From Macrostomum hystrix (lineage: Eukaryota > Animalia > Platyhelminthes), in assembly GCA_950097015.1 (NCBI GenBank), contig CATNEN010000003.1:4092001-4156000 (forward strand): 64,000 nt of DNA, written 5' to 3'. The translations under genes were made by a program, and so were the position numbers. Numbering within the stretch: position 1 is the first letter of the stretch; each line of letters starts with the position of its first letter. Positions 23,102 to 38,202 of the stretch are shown here, piece by piece. Under the pieces are notes generated by a model. That model saw only the letters and a list, made by a program, of their open reading frames with translations. It had not been told where the DNA came from and searched no databases.

Positions 23102-24201
23102 GGGAGTCAGAGGGATTGGATTTGTGAGTCAGAGGGATTTAATTTAATTTGGGAGTCAGAGGCATTGGATTTGGGAGTCAGAGGCATTGGATTTGTGAGT
23201 CATAGGGATTGGATTTGTGAGTCAGAGGGGTTTAATTTGTGAGTCAGAGGGATTTAATTTAATTTGGGAGTCATATGGATTGGATTTGGGAGTCAGGGAG
23301 TCATAGGGATTGGATTTGGGAGTCATAGGGATTGGATTTGGGAGTCATAGGGATTGGATTTGGGAGTCATAGGGATTGGATTTGGGAGTCAGAGGCATTG
23401 GATTTGGGAGTCATAGGGATTGGATTTGGGAGTCATAGGGATTGGATTTGGGAGTCAGAGGCATTGGATTTGGGAGTCAGAGGCATTGGATTTGGGAGTC
23501 AGAGGGATTGGATTTGGGAGTCAGAGGGATTTAATTTAATTTGGGAGTCATATGGATTGGATTTGGGAGTCAGAGGGATTGGATTTGGGAGTCATAGGGA
23601 TTGGATTTGGGAGTCATAGGGATTGGATTTGGGAGTCAGAGGCATTGGATTTGGGAGTCAGAGGCATTGGATTTGGGAGTCATAGGGATTGGATTTGGGA
23701 GTCATAGGGATTGGATTTGGGAGTCAGAGGCATTGGATTTGGGAGTCAGAGGCATTGGATTTTGGAGTCATAGGGATTGGATTTGGGAGTCATAGGGATT
23801 GGATTTGGGAGTCAGAGGCATTGGATTTGGGAGTCAGAGGCATTGGATTTGGGAGTCATAGGGATTGGATTTGGGAGTCAGAGGCATTGGATTTGGGAGT
23901 CAGAGGCATTGGATTTTGGAGTCAGAGGGATTGGATTTGGGAGTCAGAGGGATTGGATTTGGGAGTCATAGGGATTGGATTTGGGAGTCAGAGGCATTGG
24001 ATTTGGGAGTCATAGGGATTGGATTTGGGAGTCAGAGGGATTGGATTTGGGAGTCATAGGGATTGGATTTGGGAGTCATAGGGATTGGATTTGGGAGTCA
24101 GAGGCATTGGATTTGGGAGTCAGAGGCATTGGATTTGGGAGTCATAGGGATTGGATTTGGGAGTCATAGGGATTGGATTTGGGAGTCATAGGGATTGGAT
24201 T
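23102..24201. repeat. 22-bp G-rich minisatellite between ARL1 and PSPH
   Basis: Unit GG(G/C)ATTGGATTTGGGAGTCA(T/G)A. Confidence 0.96.
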
Positions 24202-24671
24202 TAAGATTGGATAGGTGAGTCGATAGGGGAGTCAGGAACAGTTTAAACAGGAAAGTAATGAAGCCAAAGAAGCGTGTTATTTTGTTATTGAATTAGAAGC
24301 AATAATAATAAATATATATATAATAAACAACAAATTAAAACAGCAGTCTCAAAAGCAGTCTGAATTTTAGCCGATAAACATGTCAACGCGAACATGAATA
24401 AGCAAAGACACCGAATAAAATGGAGACAGTATTCCAGGAAATAGGAAAGGAAACTCAGACTCAACAACAACAATCTGCCACCGCGCATACGAAAGGTAAA
24501 CAAAAATGAAACACTTTAAATAATGCTTCTTTGTTCCATTGCAAACAATTATAATTATGGAATTAGACTATAATATAAAATGCCTGGCATAACAAGATGT
24601 TACACATGATGGCTTAATAGAATGCGTAAAACTTCCATTTTCAATTCTTCACCGTCCCGAACTGATCATTG

Positions 24672-26883
<2,212 letters not shown>

Positions 26884-26889
26884 ATTGAG

Positions 26890-27716
26890 CAGGGGTCAGC
26901 AAACTTAGTAGCTAGCGGGCCAAACAGAGAACCTAAAAGACGACAGCGGGCTGCAATGACTGTAGAAATATAGGGAAGAGATTAGACGCAGAATAGATGA
27001 CAGGGAGATATTAGACAGGGGAGAGATAAGACACGGGAGAGATGAGACAGGGGAGAGATGAGACAGGAGAGAGATAAGACACGGGAGAGACGAGACAGGG
27101 GAGAGACGAGACAGGGGAGAGATGATCGACACGGGAGAGACGAGACGGGAGAGATGAGACACGGGAGAGACGAGACAGGGGAGAGATGAGACAGGAGAGA
27201 GATAAGACACGGGAGAGACGAGACAGGGGAGAGATGAGACAGGGGAGAGATGATCGACACGGGAGAGACGAGACGGGAGAGATGAGACACGGGAGAGACG
27301 AGACAGGGGAGAGATGAGACACGGAAGAGACGAGACAGGGGAGAGACGAGACAGGGGAGAGATGAGACACGGGAGAGACGAGACAGGGGAGAGACGAGAC
27401 AGGGGAGAGATGAGACACGGGAGAGACGAGACAGGGGAGAGATGAGACACGGGAGAGACGAGACAGGGGAGAGACGAGACAGGGGAGAGATGAGACACGG
27501 GAGAGACGAGACAGGGGAGAGATAAGACACGGGAGAGACGAGACAGGGGAGAGATGAGACACGGGAGAGACGAGACAGGGGAGAGATGAGACACGGGAGA
27601 GACGAGACAGGGGAAAGATGAGACAGGATACCGTAGGTGACGGAAGGGACAACGGGCCGGATTTGGGAGCTTCGAGGGCCGCATCTGGCCCGCGGGCCGG
27701 AGTTTGCCGACCCCTG
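26890..27716. mobile_element. hAT-like (Charlie-type termini) MITE containing an expanded purine-rich minisatellite (27010-27628)
   Basis: TIRs CAGGGGTCAGCAAACT ... AGTTTGCCGACCCCTG; imperfect 8-bp TSD CTATTGAG / CTATAAAG. Confidence 0.8.
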
Positions 27717-28391
27717 CTATAAAGACACCAAAATCCCTGATCTGGAAAAGATAGGATCCTAGGTTATAATTAAAAAGAAGCTGCCTTTTTATCGAGATAA
27801 CTGTGATAAGCTATGAAATGTTCATTCGCTTAGGAAGTGAAAAGACTGATTTCAACAAAATAAAAAACTGAAATAACAAAGAATGCCGGTGTATTTGAGT
27901 AGGTAAACGTTTAAACAAAACTATTTGACGGAGTGTTTCTTTTTTAATTCTTATAAGCGCAATTTTGCTAAGGAAGAGAACAAGAAAAATAACTTTAAAT
28001 AGTCTGGATTTTAAGAGATCAATTAAGGAACAATTAAAGGTCTATGACTCTATTGTTTCAAAAGGTGACAATTTTCCGCGCTAAATGCAGCAGGAAAATC
28101 TCAAAAATGCATAAACCTGAATTTCTAATTTGTTTCTGCGGTCATAAATAACAAAACACGGGGCTGCCAGTTTTAACAAATAACTCAATAGAGTAGCAGC
28201 TCTTTTATAACAAAATAACAAGTAGCTGCTTGTTACTAAAATTAATTAGAATACAAAAACAATATAGGTGCTTTGAGTAGAGTTGAACTCAAAGATTCAA
28301 AACACTATTTATTAAACCGGAAAAAATTCTTGGTAAGCTAAAAAACCTGCGTTTCGAAAACACTTTCGCATGCGAAACAGCGAAACAGGTG

Positions 28392-28572
28392 GATAATCTG
28401 AGGATCTGAAAGGTCGATAATCTGAGGATCTGAAAGGTCGATAATCTGAGGATCTGAAAGGTCGATAATCTGAGGATCTGAAAGGTCGATAATCTGAGGA
28501 TCTGGAAGGTCGATAATCTGAGGATCTGAAAGGTCGATAATCTGAGGATCTGAAAGGTCGATAATCTGAGGA
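28392..28572. repeat. 24-bp minisatellite (about 8 copies)
   Basis: Unit GATAATCTGAGGATCTGAAAGGTC. Confidence 0.93.
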
Positions 28573-28685
28573 TTCGGAACGTCAATAAAATATAAGGAAC
28601 TGAAAGTATCTCCGATATTCTGATGATCTAACCCCAGAAGATCAAGAAAATGAACGACTCAAAATTGATTCTCTCCACGCAGAGT

Positions 28686-31600
28686 TCAGCGAGAATCGAA
28701 GCCGTTATCCGACAGGCCCAGAAACGAAGCCGATGGCTCAATGATTGACATCTGGTCGACGCCGCTAGCGCCCGCGGCAACGCTGCTGGCATCCCCAATG
28801 GAGCTAGCCGGACCTCTGTAGCCAAACAGAGGCGGCTCGACTTCCACGTTGCCCTCCCTGAAGTCGCGAAGGCGACTGTCAGCCGAAGCCAGTTGAGCAG
28901 TCATTCTTCGATTCTCATTCTCTCTGTCGGCTACCTGGCGCTGAATGCTGCTGTGCTCATTGTTATACTTGGCTAATTTGGATTCCATCAGCTTGCAGGC
29001 CTGGCAGTATTGGCTCATCTTCTTCATCTGCGTGTTCGCAATTAAATGGTTTCTTTAGGTTGGCGAAAATTCCTTTGCAAAATATTTTGAGTGTAACTCC
29101 CACTATGATGAGGCTGTAACTCCCACTATGATGAGGCTGTAACTCCCACTATGATGAGGCTGTAACTCCCACTATGATAAGGCTGTAAGTCTCACCTGTA
29201 TGAGGCTGTAAGTCTCACCTGTATGAGGCTGTAAGTCTCACCTGTATGAGGCTGTAAGTCTCACCTGTATGAGGCTGTAAGTCTCACCTGTATGAGGCTG
29301 TAAGTCTCACCTGTATGAGGCTGTAAGTCTCACCTGTATGAGGCTGTAAGTCCCACCTGTACAAGGCTGTAACATCCTGTAAATCCCACAAAAAACGCAC
29401 CATCTTGCTCAGATTCTGGCGAGCGCTGCTCAGCTTAGATTTCAAGCCTTCGCAGGTGTGCCGCACCGCAGAGCTCTGCTCCTGCAGCTCGTTCAGCTCG
29501 GCTTGAGCAGCCTCGAGTTCGGCTTGAGCCTCGGCAAGAGCCCGATCGTCCGCTTCCTCCAGTTCGTGCAGTTTAGCCCGAATGAGATCATACTCGGCGT
29601 CACGCTTGGTTGAGTAGTCCAGGCTGAATTCCAGCATGTCGAATATCTCATTAACAGTGCGCCCGATTTGGCTAAACTTGCTCAGGGCTCGATTGATCTC
29701 AATATTGAACCGGTTGACCTACATTTCACAAGGCAATAGATAAGGATACATTTCACATTTCATAATAAATAATTGATTGTGAAAGAAGTTGACCCGAGAT
29801 TGAGGATGTGGGAGGTTGAGTCTAGTTTGAGGATGTGGGAGGTTGAGTCTAGTTTGAGGATCTGGGAGGTTGAGTCTAGTTTGGGATCTGGGAGGTTGAG
29901 TCTAGTTTGGGATCTGGGAGGTTGAGTCTAGTTTGGGATCTGGGAGGTTGAGTCTAGTTTGGGATCTGGGAGGTTGAGTCTAGTTTGGGATCTGGGAGGT
30001 TGAGTCTAGTTTGGGATCTGGCAGGTTGAGTCTAGTTTGGGATCTGGGAGGTTGAGTCTAGTTTGGGATCTGGGAGGTTGAGTCTAGTTTGGGATCTGGG
30101 AGGTTGAGTCTAGTTTGGGATCTGGGAGGTTGAGTCTATAGTTTGGGATCTGGCAGGTTAAGTCTATAGTTTGGGATCTGGCAGGTTAAGTCTATAGTTT
30201 GGGATCTGGCAGGTTAAGTCTATAGTTTGGGATCTGGCAGGTTAAGTCTATAGTTTGGGATCTGGCAGGTTAAGTCTATAGTTTGGGATCTGGCAGGTTA
30301 AGTCTATAGTTTGGGATCTGGGAGGTTGAGTCTAGTTTGAGGATCTGGGAGGTTGAGTCTAGTTTGGGATCTGGGAGGTTGAGTCTAGTTTGGGATCTGG
30401 GAGGTTGAGTCTAGTTTGGGATCTGGGAGGTTGAGTCTAGTTTGAGGATCTGGGAGGTTGGGTCTAGTTTGGGATCTGGCAGGTTGAGTCTAGTTTGGGA
30501 TTTGGGAGGTTGAGTCTAGTTTGGGATCTGGGAGGTTGAGTCTAGTTTGGGATTTGGGAGGTTGAGTCTAGTTTGGGATCTGGGAGGTTGAGTCTAGTTT
30601 GGGATCTGGCAGGTTAAGTCTATAGTTTGGGATCTGGCAGGTTAAGTCTATAGTTTGGGATCTGGCAGGTTAAGTCTATAGTTTGGGATCTGGGAGGTTG
30701 AGTCTAGTTTGGGATCTGGCAGGTTGAGTCTAGTTTGGGATTTGGCAGGTTGAGTCTAGTTTGGGATTTGGGAGGTTGAGTCTAGTTTGGGATCTGGGAG
30801 GTTGAGTCTAGTTTGAGGATGTGGGAGGTTGAGTCTAGTTTGGGATCTGGGAGGTTGAGTCTAGTTTGAGGATGTGGGAGGTTGAGTCTAGTTTGGGATC
30901 TGGGAGGTTGAGTCTAGTTTGGGATCTGGGAGGTTGAGTCTAGTTTGGGATCTGGCAGGTTGAGCCTAGTTTGGGATCTGGCAGGTTAAGTCTAGTTTGA
31001 GGATCTGGGAGGTTAAGTCTATAGTTTGGGATTTGGGAGGTTGAGTCTAGTTTGGGATCTGGGAGGTTGAGTCTAGTTTGGGATCTGGCAGGTTAAGTCT
31101 ATAGTTTGGGATCTGGCAGGTTAAGTCTATAGTTTGGGATCTGGCAGGTTAAGTCTATAGTTTGGGATCTGGCAGGTTGAGTCTATAGTTTGGGATTTGG
31201 CAGGTTGAGTCTATAGTTTGGGATCTGGCAGGTTGAGTCTATAGTTTGGGATCTGGGAGGTTGAGTCTAGTTTGGGATCTGGCAGGTTAAGTCTATAGTT
31301 TGGGATCTGGCAGGTTAAGTCTATAGTTTGGGATCTGGCAGGTTGAGTCTATAGTTTGGGATTTGGCAGGTTGAGTCTAGTTTGGGATCTGGCAGGTTAA
31401 GTCTATAGTTTGGGATTTGGCAGGTTGAGTCTAGTTTGGGATTTGGGAGGTTGAGTCTAGTTTGGGATCTGGCAGGTTGAGTCTAGTTTGGGATTTGGCA
31501 GGTTGAGTCTAGTTTGGGATTTGGGAGGTTGAGTCTAGTTTGGGATCTGGCAGGTTGAGTCTAGTTTGGGATTTGGCAGGTTGAGTCTAGTTTGGGATCT

Positions 31601-33117
31601 GGCAGGTTAAGTCTATAGTTTGGGATCTGGCAGGTTGAGTCTATAGTTTGGGATCTGGCAGGTTGAGTCTATAGTTTGGGATCTGGCAGGTTAAGTCTAT
31701 AGTTTGGGATTTGGCAGGTTGAGTCTAGTTTGGGATTTGGGAGGTTGAGTCTAGTTTGGGATCTGGCAGGTTGAGTCTAGTTTGGGATCTGGCAGGTTGA
31801 GTCTAGTTTGGGATTTGGCAGGTTGAGTCTAGTTTGGGATTTGGGAGGTTGAGTCTAGTTTGGGATCTGGGAGGTTGAGTCTAGTTTGAGGATGTGGGAG
31901 GTTGAGTCTAGTTTGGGATCTGGGAGGTTGAGTCTAGTTTGAGGATGTGGGAGGTTGAGTCTAGTTTGGGATCTGGGAGGTTGAGTCTAGTTTGGGATCT
32001 GGGAGGTTGAGTCTAGTTTGGGATCTGGCAGGTTGAGCCTAGTTTGGGATCTGGCAGGTTGAGCCTAGTTTGGGATCTGGCAGGTTTAGTCTAGTTTGAG
32101 GATCTGGGAGGTTAAGTCTATAGTTTGGGATCTGGGAGGTTGAGTCTAGTTTGGGATCTGGCAGGTTGAGTCTAGTTTGGGATTTGGCAGGTTGAGTCTA
32201 GTTTGGGATTTGGGAGGTTAAGTCTATAGTTTGGGATCTGGCAGGTTAAGTCTATAGTTTGGGATCTGGGAGGTTGAGTCTAGTTTGGGATCTGGCAGGT
32301 TGAGTCTAGTTTGGGATTTGGCAGGTTGAGTCTAGTTTGGGATTTGGGAGGTTGAGTCTAGTTTGGGATCTGGGAGGTTGAGTCTAGTTTGAGGATGTGG
32401 GAGGTTGAGTCTAGTTTGGGATCTGGGAGGTTGAGTCTAGTTTGAGGATGTGGGAGGTTGAGTCTAGTTTGGGATCTGGCAGGTTAACTCTATAGTTTGG
32501 GATCTGGCAGGTTAAGTCTATAGTTTGGGATCTGGCAGGTTAAGTCTATAGTTTGGGATCTGGCAGGTTAAGTCTAGTTTGGGATCTGGCAGGTTAAGTC
32601 TAGTTTGGGATCTGGCAGGTTAAGTCTATAGTTTGGGATCTGGCAGGTTAAGTCTATAGTTTGGGATCTGGCAGGTTGAGTCTATATTTTGGGATCTGGC
32701 AGGTTAAGTCTATATTTTGGGATCTGGCAGGTTAACTCTATAGTTTGGGATCTGGCAGGTTAAGTCTAGTTTGAGGATAGAGTTTCTCAAACAAACCTGG
32801 CTGGGCAGCAGTTCCAGCTGGCACAGCAGGCACCAGCGTCGATGGTTTGGTCCCAGACTATTGCGCACAAAAGCCGGAGCGTGCATGTCGCAGAAGGTGT
32901 GACAACAGATGCAAATCCAGCCGATAGTTTCTAGTAGGATGCCGCATCCTGGATAACGACACCGAATGGTTGGCAAAGTGCTCATCGGATCCTTAGAGAG
33001 GCCATTTAACATCCGATTAAACCTGGACCACAAGCTGTTGTTAGTGTCGTTATTGCTATTGTCTTCGTTAGCGTTGCCATTAGCAACGGCGACAGCGTTG
33101 TCGGTATTTGGCTCCAT
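28686..33117 (-). CDS. CCNB1IP1: HEI10/CCNB1IP1-like RING + coiled-coil E3 ligase, 3 exons (33117-32797, 29718-29401, 29027-28686), about 326 aa
   Basis: RING CRYPGC-x3-L-x4-W-x3-CCHTFCDMH...CLLC follows the HEI10 pattern (CNYRKC...L...AWVTACSHIFCDQH...CPAC) and is followed by a long coiled coil. Phase-0 GT-AG joins. Confidence 0.72.
29093..29372. repeat. 23-bp minisatellite in HEI10-like intron 2
   Basis: GAGGCTGTAAGTCTCACCTGTAT and GAGGCTGTAACTCCCACTATGAT units. Confidence 0.93.
29801..32777. repeat. 26-28-bp minisatellite (about 110 copies) filling HEI10-like intron 1
   Basis: Unit GTTTGGGATYTGGSAGGTTRAGTCTA(TA). Confidence 0.97.
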
Positions 33118-33882
33118 TGGACGATGCTGAACAATTATTTAATTGCTGGTAGCTTGATGACGTTCCGGATACTGCCAAGCGGTTAGATCTGAAACACCAC
33201 AGCTAGTTGAGTGCAGACAAATCTAAGTACTTCCAATCTAACCTGTGGTTTAGAAACCTGATTTAGAAACTAAATCCTATTTAGTTTCTTTCGCTGTGGT
33301 CCTTACTTGGGCCGTTTTTTTAGAGTGATTGCTGTTTGCGTTTTTACTTGTCTTTTAACGAGTATTTTGTAATTGTCAGCTTAAAAAATAAATTGATTAA
33401 CGAATGAAAAATAAGATAACGGCTAATGATTTACACGAAACCGAGTAGGGACAGTCGCATGCGTCCGTAGAAATGTTCTCTGTATTTCTTTTAATACAAG
33501 TTAAATACAACAACTAACTACATTGCCGTGCAAAGCGACCTAAATTTAATGCAGAACAATACGAACTAGAATATAGTAATAGACAAAACAGTTACGTACT
33601 CACCAGCATTGTTAAACCACAATTTTTTTGCTTTAAAGAAAAAAATTTAACCATAGGCAACATACATAGTGCAATCATGCAGCAACACATTATTTATTAA
33701 TGCGACATTATTACTTTACTATAAGGCTTCACAAAGTGAAAAATATTTCAAGAGTACAGCACTGGACTTGCTACCTAGTAGTAATAATCGAAAAATTATT
33801 TTTCGATCGAAATTTGGAGTTAAAAGCCTCATAGAAATAAAATACAAAGCTTCAGAAAGTTGATGAAAATCAATTAACAAAA

Positions 33883-34358
33883 CTAAACGCCATGGAAACG
33901 ATTCGGCTGCTGCTGATTGGCCCACATGGGCGGCATAGGCGGCGGTCGGAGCGGCATGCCCATGCTGTGTTGCTGCATCTGCGGCGGCGGCATCTGGTGC
34001 GGAGACATCTGGTGACTGGGCCGATGCTGCTGCTGCTGGTGATGATGAAATCCGGGCGGGCCCTGTGCTGGCGGCTGCAGAAGACCCTGACCTGTGTTGG
34101 GCGGCGCTGCGTATACAGACTGTGGCGGTGGGGGCAGCATTCCTGGAGGTCGCATCGGCGGTCTAAATGCCAACTGCTGCTGCTGCTGCTGGTTCATTGG
34201 CGGCGGTAGCTGGAGCTGCTGCTGGTACGGATTATTGTGCAGCAGGGGATTTCCCTGACCAACAACACCAGGTCCGGAAGATGCGCTGACTGACATTGGT
34301 AGATATTGCGGCATAGTCATCGGCTGCTGCATCATCATCTGAGGCTGCTGCATGTGCT

Positions 34359-34389
<31 letters not shown>

Positions 34390-35139
34390 TTGTTGAAGCG
34401 GCATTGGCGGCAGAGGCAGCGAAGCAGCGGCAGTCTCTGCAGCCAACTTAGCGCCTCCGCCGTGCCTATGCTCAATGTGCGCCAGCAGGTCGCGCTGGGA
34501 CAAGTAGGTCCGCTTGCAGCCGGACCGACTGTGCGGCGCCGATGCGTCGTGCATGCACACGTGCAGCTGGGCAGCGGACACAACCTCGGTATCTTCCACA
34601 GGATCCTGACATCTTGGACAGCATTTGCTAGACTGTGCGCAGGTCCGACAGGCCGCGTGCTTGCAGGGCAGCAGGCGGCCAAACGATTGGATTGGTCGGT
34701 CGCAGGCGTCGCAGAAGTGCAACTGCACGGACGACTTCTTGCCTAGTAGCAGCGGCTTATGAGTCCAACGGACCTCCTTACAGCGGCGAGTGTCACCAGA
34801 AGACTGACTACTGACTGATTGCTGCTGGGGATGATACCCAGCTGGACTATTTGATCGCGAGCGAGACCTTCCGCGATTAGATTCCCTGTCAGAATCGTCC
34901 TCCGAGGAAAGCGAGTCCCGTTGCTGCTGCTGACGATGATGATAATTGTGATACTGCTGCTGCTGCTGCTTATTGCTGCTGCTGCTGCTACGGTTGGACG
35001 AACGGCTGTTATGCAGGCTGGTAACCTCGCGGTGCGTGCTGGCGCTTAGACGAAGCGCGATTCCTCCGACACCGGCGCTGCTGCCAACGCTGCCGCTGCT
35101 CGGTTGTCGGCGACTATCGTGACTATCATCGCTGTTCAT
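33883..35139 (-). CDS. CBLL1: Hakai E3 ubiquitin ligase (RING + HYB C2H2, Pro/Gln-rich tail), single coding exon, 418 aa
   Basis: HFCDACDRPIQSFGRLLPCKHAAC...CPRC and GCKRTYLSQRDLLAHIEHRH are Hakai hallmarks. Confidence 0.93.
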
Positions 35140-35779
35140 GATTTTAACTGCAAGGTATTTTTAGTTTTAAATATTAGTGGGACAGTCAAACACTTCACAG
35201 TTGACTGTGACTTTAGTATTTTTGATGAGAAATAACGGAAAAAATGACAACTTCGATCAACTGACACCCTCGAGTAAGCAGACTCAGCAAACGATAAGTA
35301 AATCACTTTAATTTATTCTCAATTTAATTAAAAAAACAGCACATAAAACATAGACTGACACAAAAGGACAGTAAACGTAAACAGAATAAATAGTGATCCG
35401 TGAAATGATAATAAAAAATCTGCTTAACTACAGTGACCGTGGTTGATTAGCATTATAAAGAGCCAATTACATAAACGCTCGCATCACTTAGACAGACAAT
35501 AAAATCAATTGCATCAGCTCTATCTGAAGCAAGGCAAGGAAATCAGACACTTAACAAGAAAAAGATTCACAAAATCAAGCTTCGACCAAAAAACCTTAAC
35601 TTTAAAAAACAAAGGACAACTCTTAAAAACAGAAGCTTTCATTATTTATTTTAATCGCATCAGAATAAATCTATTAATCAATCTACTGAGCTATGAATGG
35701 CAACGATGGAAGCGAGGAAGTTACTAATTTGAGAGACAATGGGACAAGTGGAGGATTGTCATTGTGTGGGCAAACAAGT

Positions 35780-36062
35780 ATAGAATAATACCCCCCCCCC
35801 TGATTTCGTTTCTTGGCCGAGGCGAAGCCGAGGCCCAGAAGCGCAGTCCGAAGCCGTTCCAAGGTCATAGACAACAATTTCAGGGGGTATTATAGTATTT
35901 AGCTTGGCCCGGCTCACGAGATTGCAAACCTAAAACTGTTTACAGCAACTGTGACCATAGACTATATGTTTAATCGGCCTAGGCCGTTAAATCATTTAAC
36001 GGCCTAGGCCAATTAAATAATAAATGCACAGAATTAATAGCCAATAGGCCGGGCCAAGCTGG
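35780..36062. repeat. Cluster of palindromic/foldback non-autonomous elements
   Basis: ATAATACCCCC..CCGAGGCGAAGCCGAGG..GGGGGTATTAT; AGCTTGGCCCGGC..GCCGGGCCAAGCT around the internal palindrome GGCCTAGGCCGTTAAAT-C-ATTTAACGGCCTAGGCC. Confidence 0.6.
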
Positions 36063-36965
36063 GGATTAAATATACTTATCGCTTTGTGAGTGTTATCAAA
36101 CCTTGCTTTAAAGACCTGTTTAACTAAAATCCATTAAACTCGCCATTCAAGTAGTCTAGAACAACTTGCTGATGCACAATCGATTTGGACGTAAAGATAA
36201 AAAATGTTAAGGCAATGGTGCAACGCAAAAATTAGCTTTGTTCAACTAACATTTATCTTCAGAGGAAAAAGTTATGACACATACAGATACCGCAACAGCT
36301 TTCAGCGATTTTTTAACCACCTTTGCAGAAAGAAAAACGAAATCAAAAGAGATAATTAAACAGCATGTGATTTGGTCACAAGTAAAGGTATTAAAAACTA
36401 TAGAATATCACTTATTATCGATAGAAAAATGTCAGCTTAGCAACAAAGCGATTCTAATTAGTTTTGGCAGTCATAACCTTGGATTTTTGATAAGTAGATA
36501 CACCTAGTAAAAATTACCTGGCACGCTAATATGCAACGGCTGCAATAATAGTTGACTTTAATTATTATTTAAAAAACGCTTTCAAAATACAGCAGAATAG
36601 TTAATTTTAGTTCATTCAACTCCTTGACTAATGCATTATATTTAGACAATGTATTCAGCAGATAACAAGCAAAGAAATAATCTTTTATGTCAATAACAAA
36701 ATTTGACTCGCAACACCAAACCCTATTATTGCCCTGTGGTCAGATTAGCACTACACTGTCTTCGAGAAAAAAACTAATGATAACCCACTATGGGTTTCTA
36801 ACTACATGAACTATAGCCCTCAGATAACTATCTATAGATTTGCAAGAAAATATATATTCTGCTCTGAATCATGCACCGAACCAAGAGATGCATGTCGAGA
36901 ATGAGGTGGTCACTCTGCTACTGTGGAATTTGCAGTCGTTTTACTGTTTGGTACCGTCATTGCAA

Positions 36966-38100
36966 GGGGGTGAGTGACAGTGGCGGTCTAAAGCGTTTAC
37001 CTCTCGATTCCGCGGTGAGGTCACATTAACAGTAGGACTACCAAGCCGTTTTGCCACCCGTTTTTATACCAAAGGGGGGATTTTTCGCAGCGCCTGAATG
37101 CTAACTGCGTTGGGTGGTGACTGATAGGTTGACGGTCTTGACGATGGTGTACTGTGGCTGAGCTGCGCCTAGTATTTTGGCTTGTTCAGTGAAATTAGAG
37201 AAATTCGCGTCAGGGTGTCCATAGTGGCCTATTTCCACTTGTTGTAGCCCTTGACGGTCCAGCAAATCCGTCTAGATAAAGGTAGGTGACCACAGAAGAC
37301 GGAGATTATTTAAGTTTAAAGGCCTGGCAAGGCCACACTGAGGCGCAGTGCTAATTCGTGTATAGGGGTGTATGAAATCCACTAGCGGTTATAGAAAAAA
37401 ATCTGACCTTCGGCCAGAACCATTGAATATCTCGATGGTCTGAAGAGCTGTCGACTGGATTCTTGTTGCAGAAAATGCGCAACAAAAAGTTGACCCGTAT
37501 TCGTGAGTTTAGTGTGCTTGCGTTGGTCCATTCGGGTGCAGCACAAAAAATAGTCTGGGGGTTTCCCTCACCCGTGGTAGTTCTACTGTTAATTTGGATA
37601 ACAAATTTACGCGCATTTAGTATATCGGACTAGCAACTTTTTGCCCCCTCTTGCTACTCTTCCTATTGTTCTTATTTTTTATTCCTTTATTTTGTTGTAT
37701 TTATACCCTATCAGCATTATATGCGCCCTCTTAAAACTTTTTTAAATGAAATACACTAGCGCTAATGGGATAAACTTGACCTTCAGCAAGAACCATTGAA
37801 TATCTCGATGGTCTGAAGAGCTGTCGACTGGATTCTTGTTGCAGAAGATGCGCAACAAAAAGTTGACCCGTATTCGTGAGTTTAGTGTGCTTGCGTTGTT
37901 CCATTGGAGCACAAAAATAGTCAGGGGGGATTTCCCCCACCATTGGTAGTTCTACTGTTAATTTGGGGCGCAGCCGCGGAGAGAAGGTTCGGAGGCTTGT
38001 TGTGCAATTTACTCTTGAGTTGAGGGCCAACCACCAAGTCACAGTGAGAGAGTGCACAGCCTGACGATGAGAGTGTCAGGGCAGATGTAACCTGGTCAGT
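36966..38100 (+). mobile_element. Degenerate family-A SINE split by a TIR element (37030-37957) whose right end is duplicated
   Basis: SINE head 36966-37029; body resumes at 37958. The insert has TIRs CAGTAGGACTACCA / TGGTAGTTCTACTG flanked by TTAA. Segments 37404-37598 and 37777-37966 are direct repeats. Confidence 0.72.
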
Positions 38101-38202
38101 AGTAAACACCAACCTTTTTAACAGTGTGCTCCATCCTTTTAAAAGACAGTGTAATACTAAAACATGTCATTTATAGCCAAGTAAATAATCGATACCGCTT
38201 CT

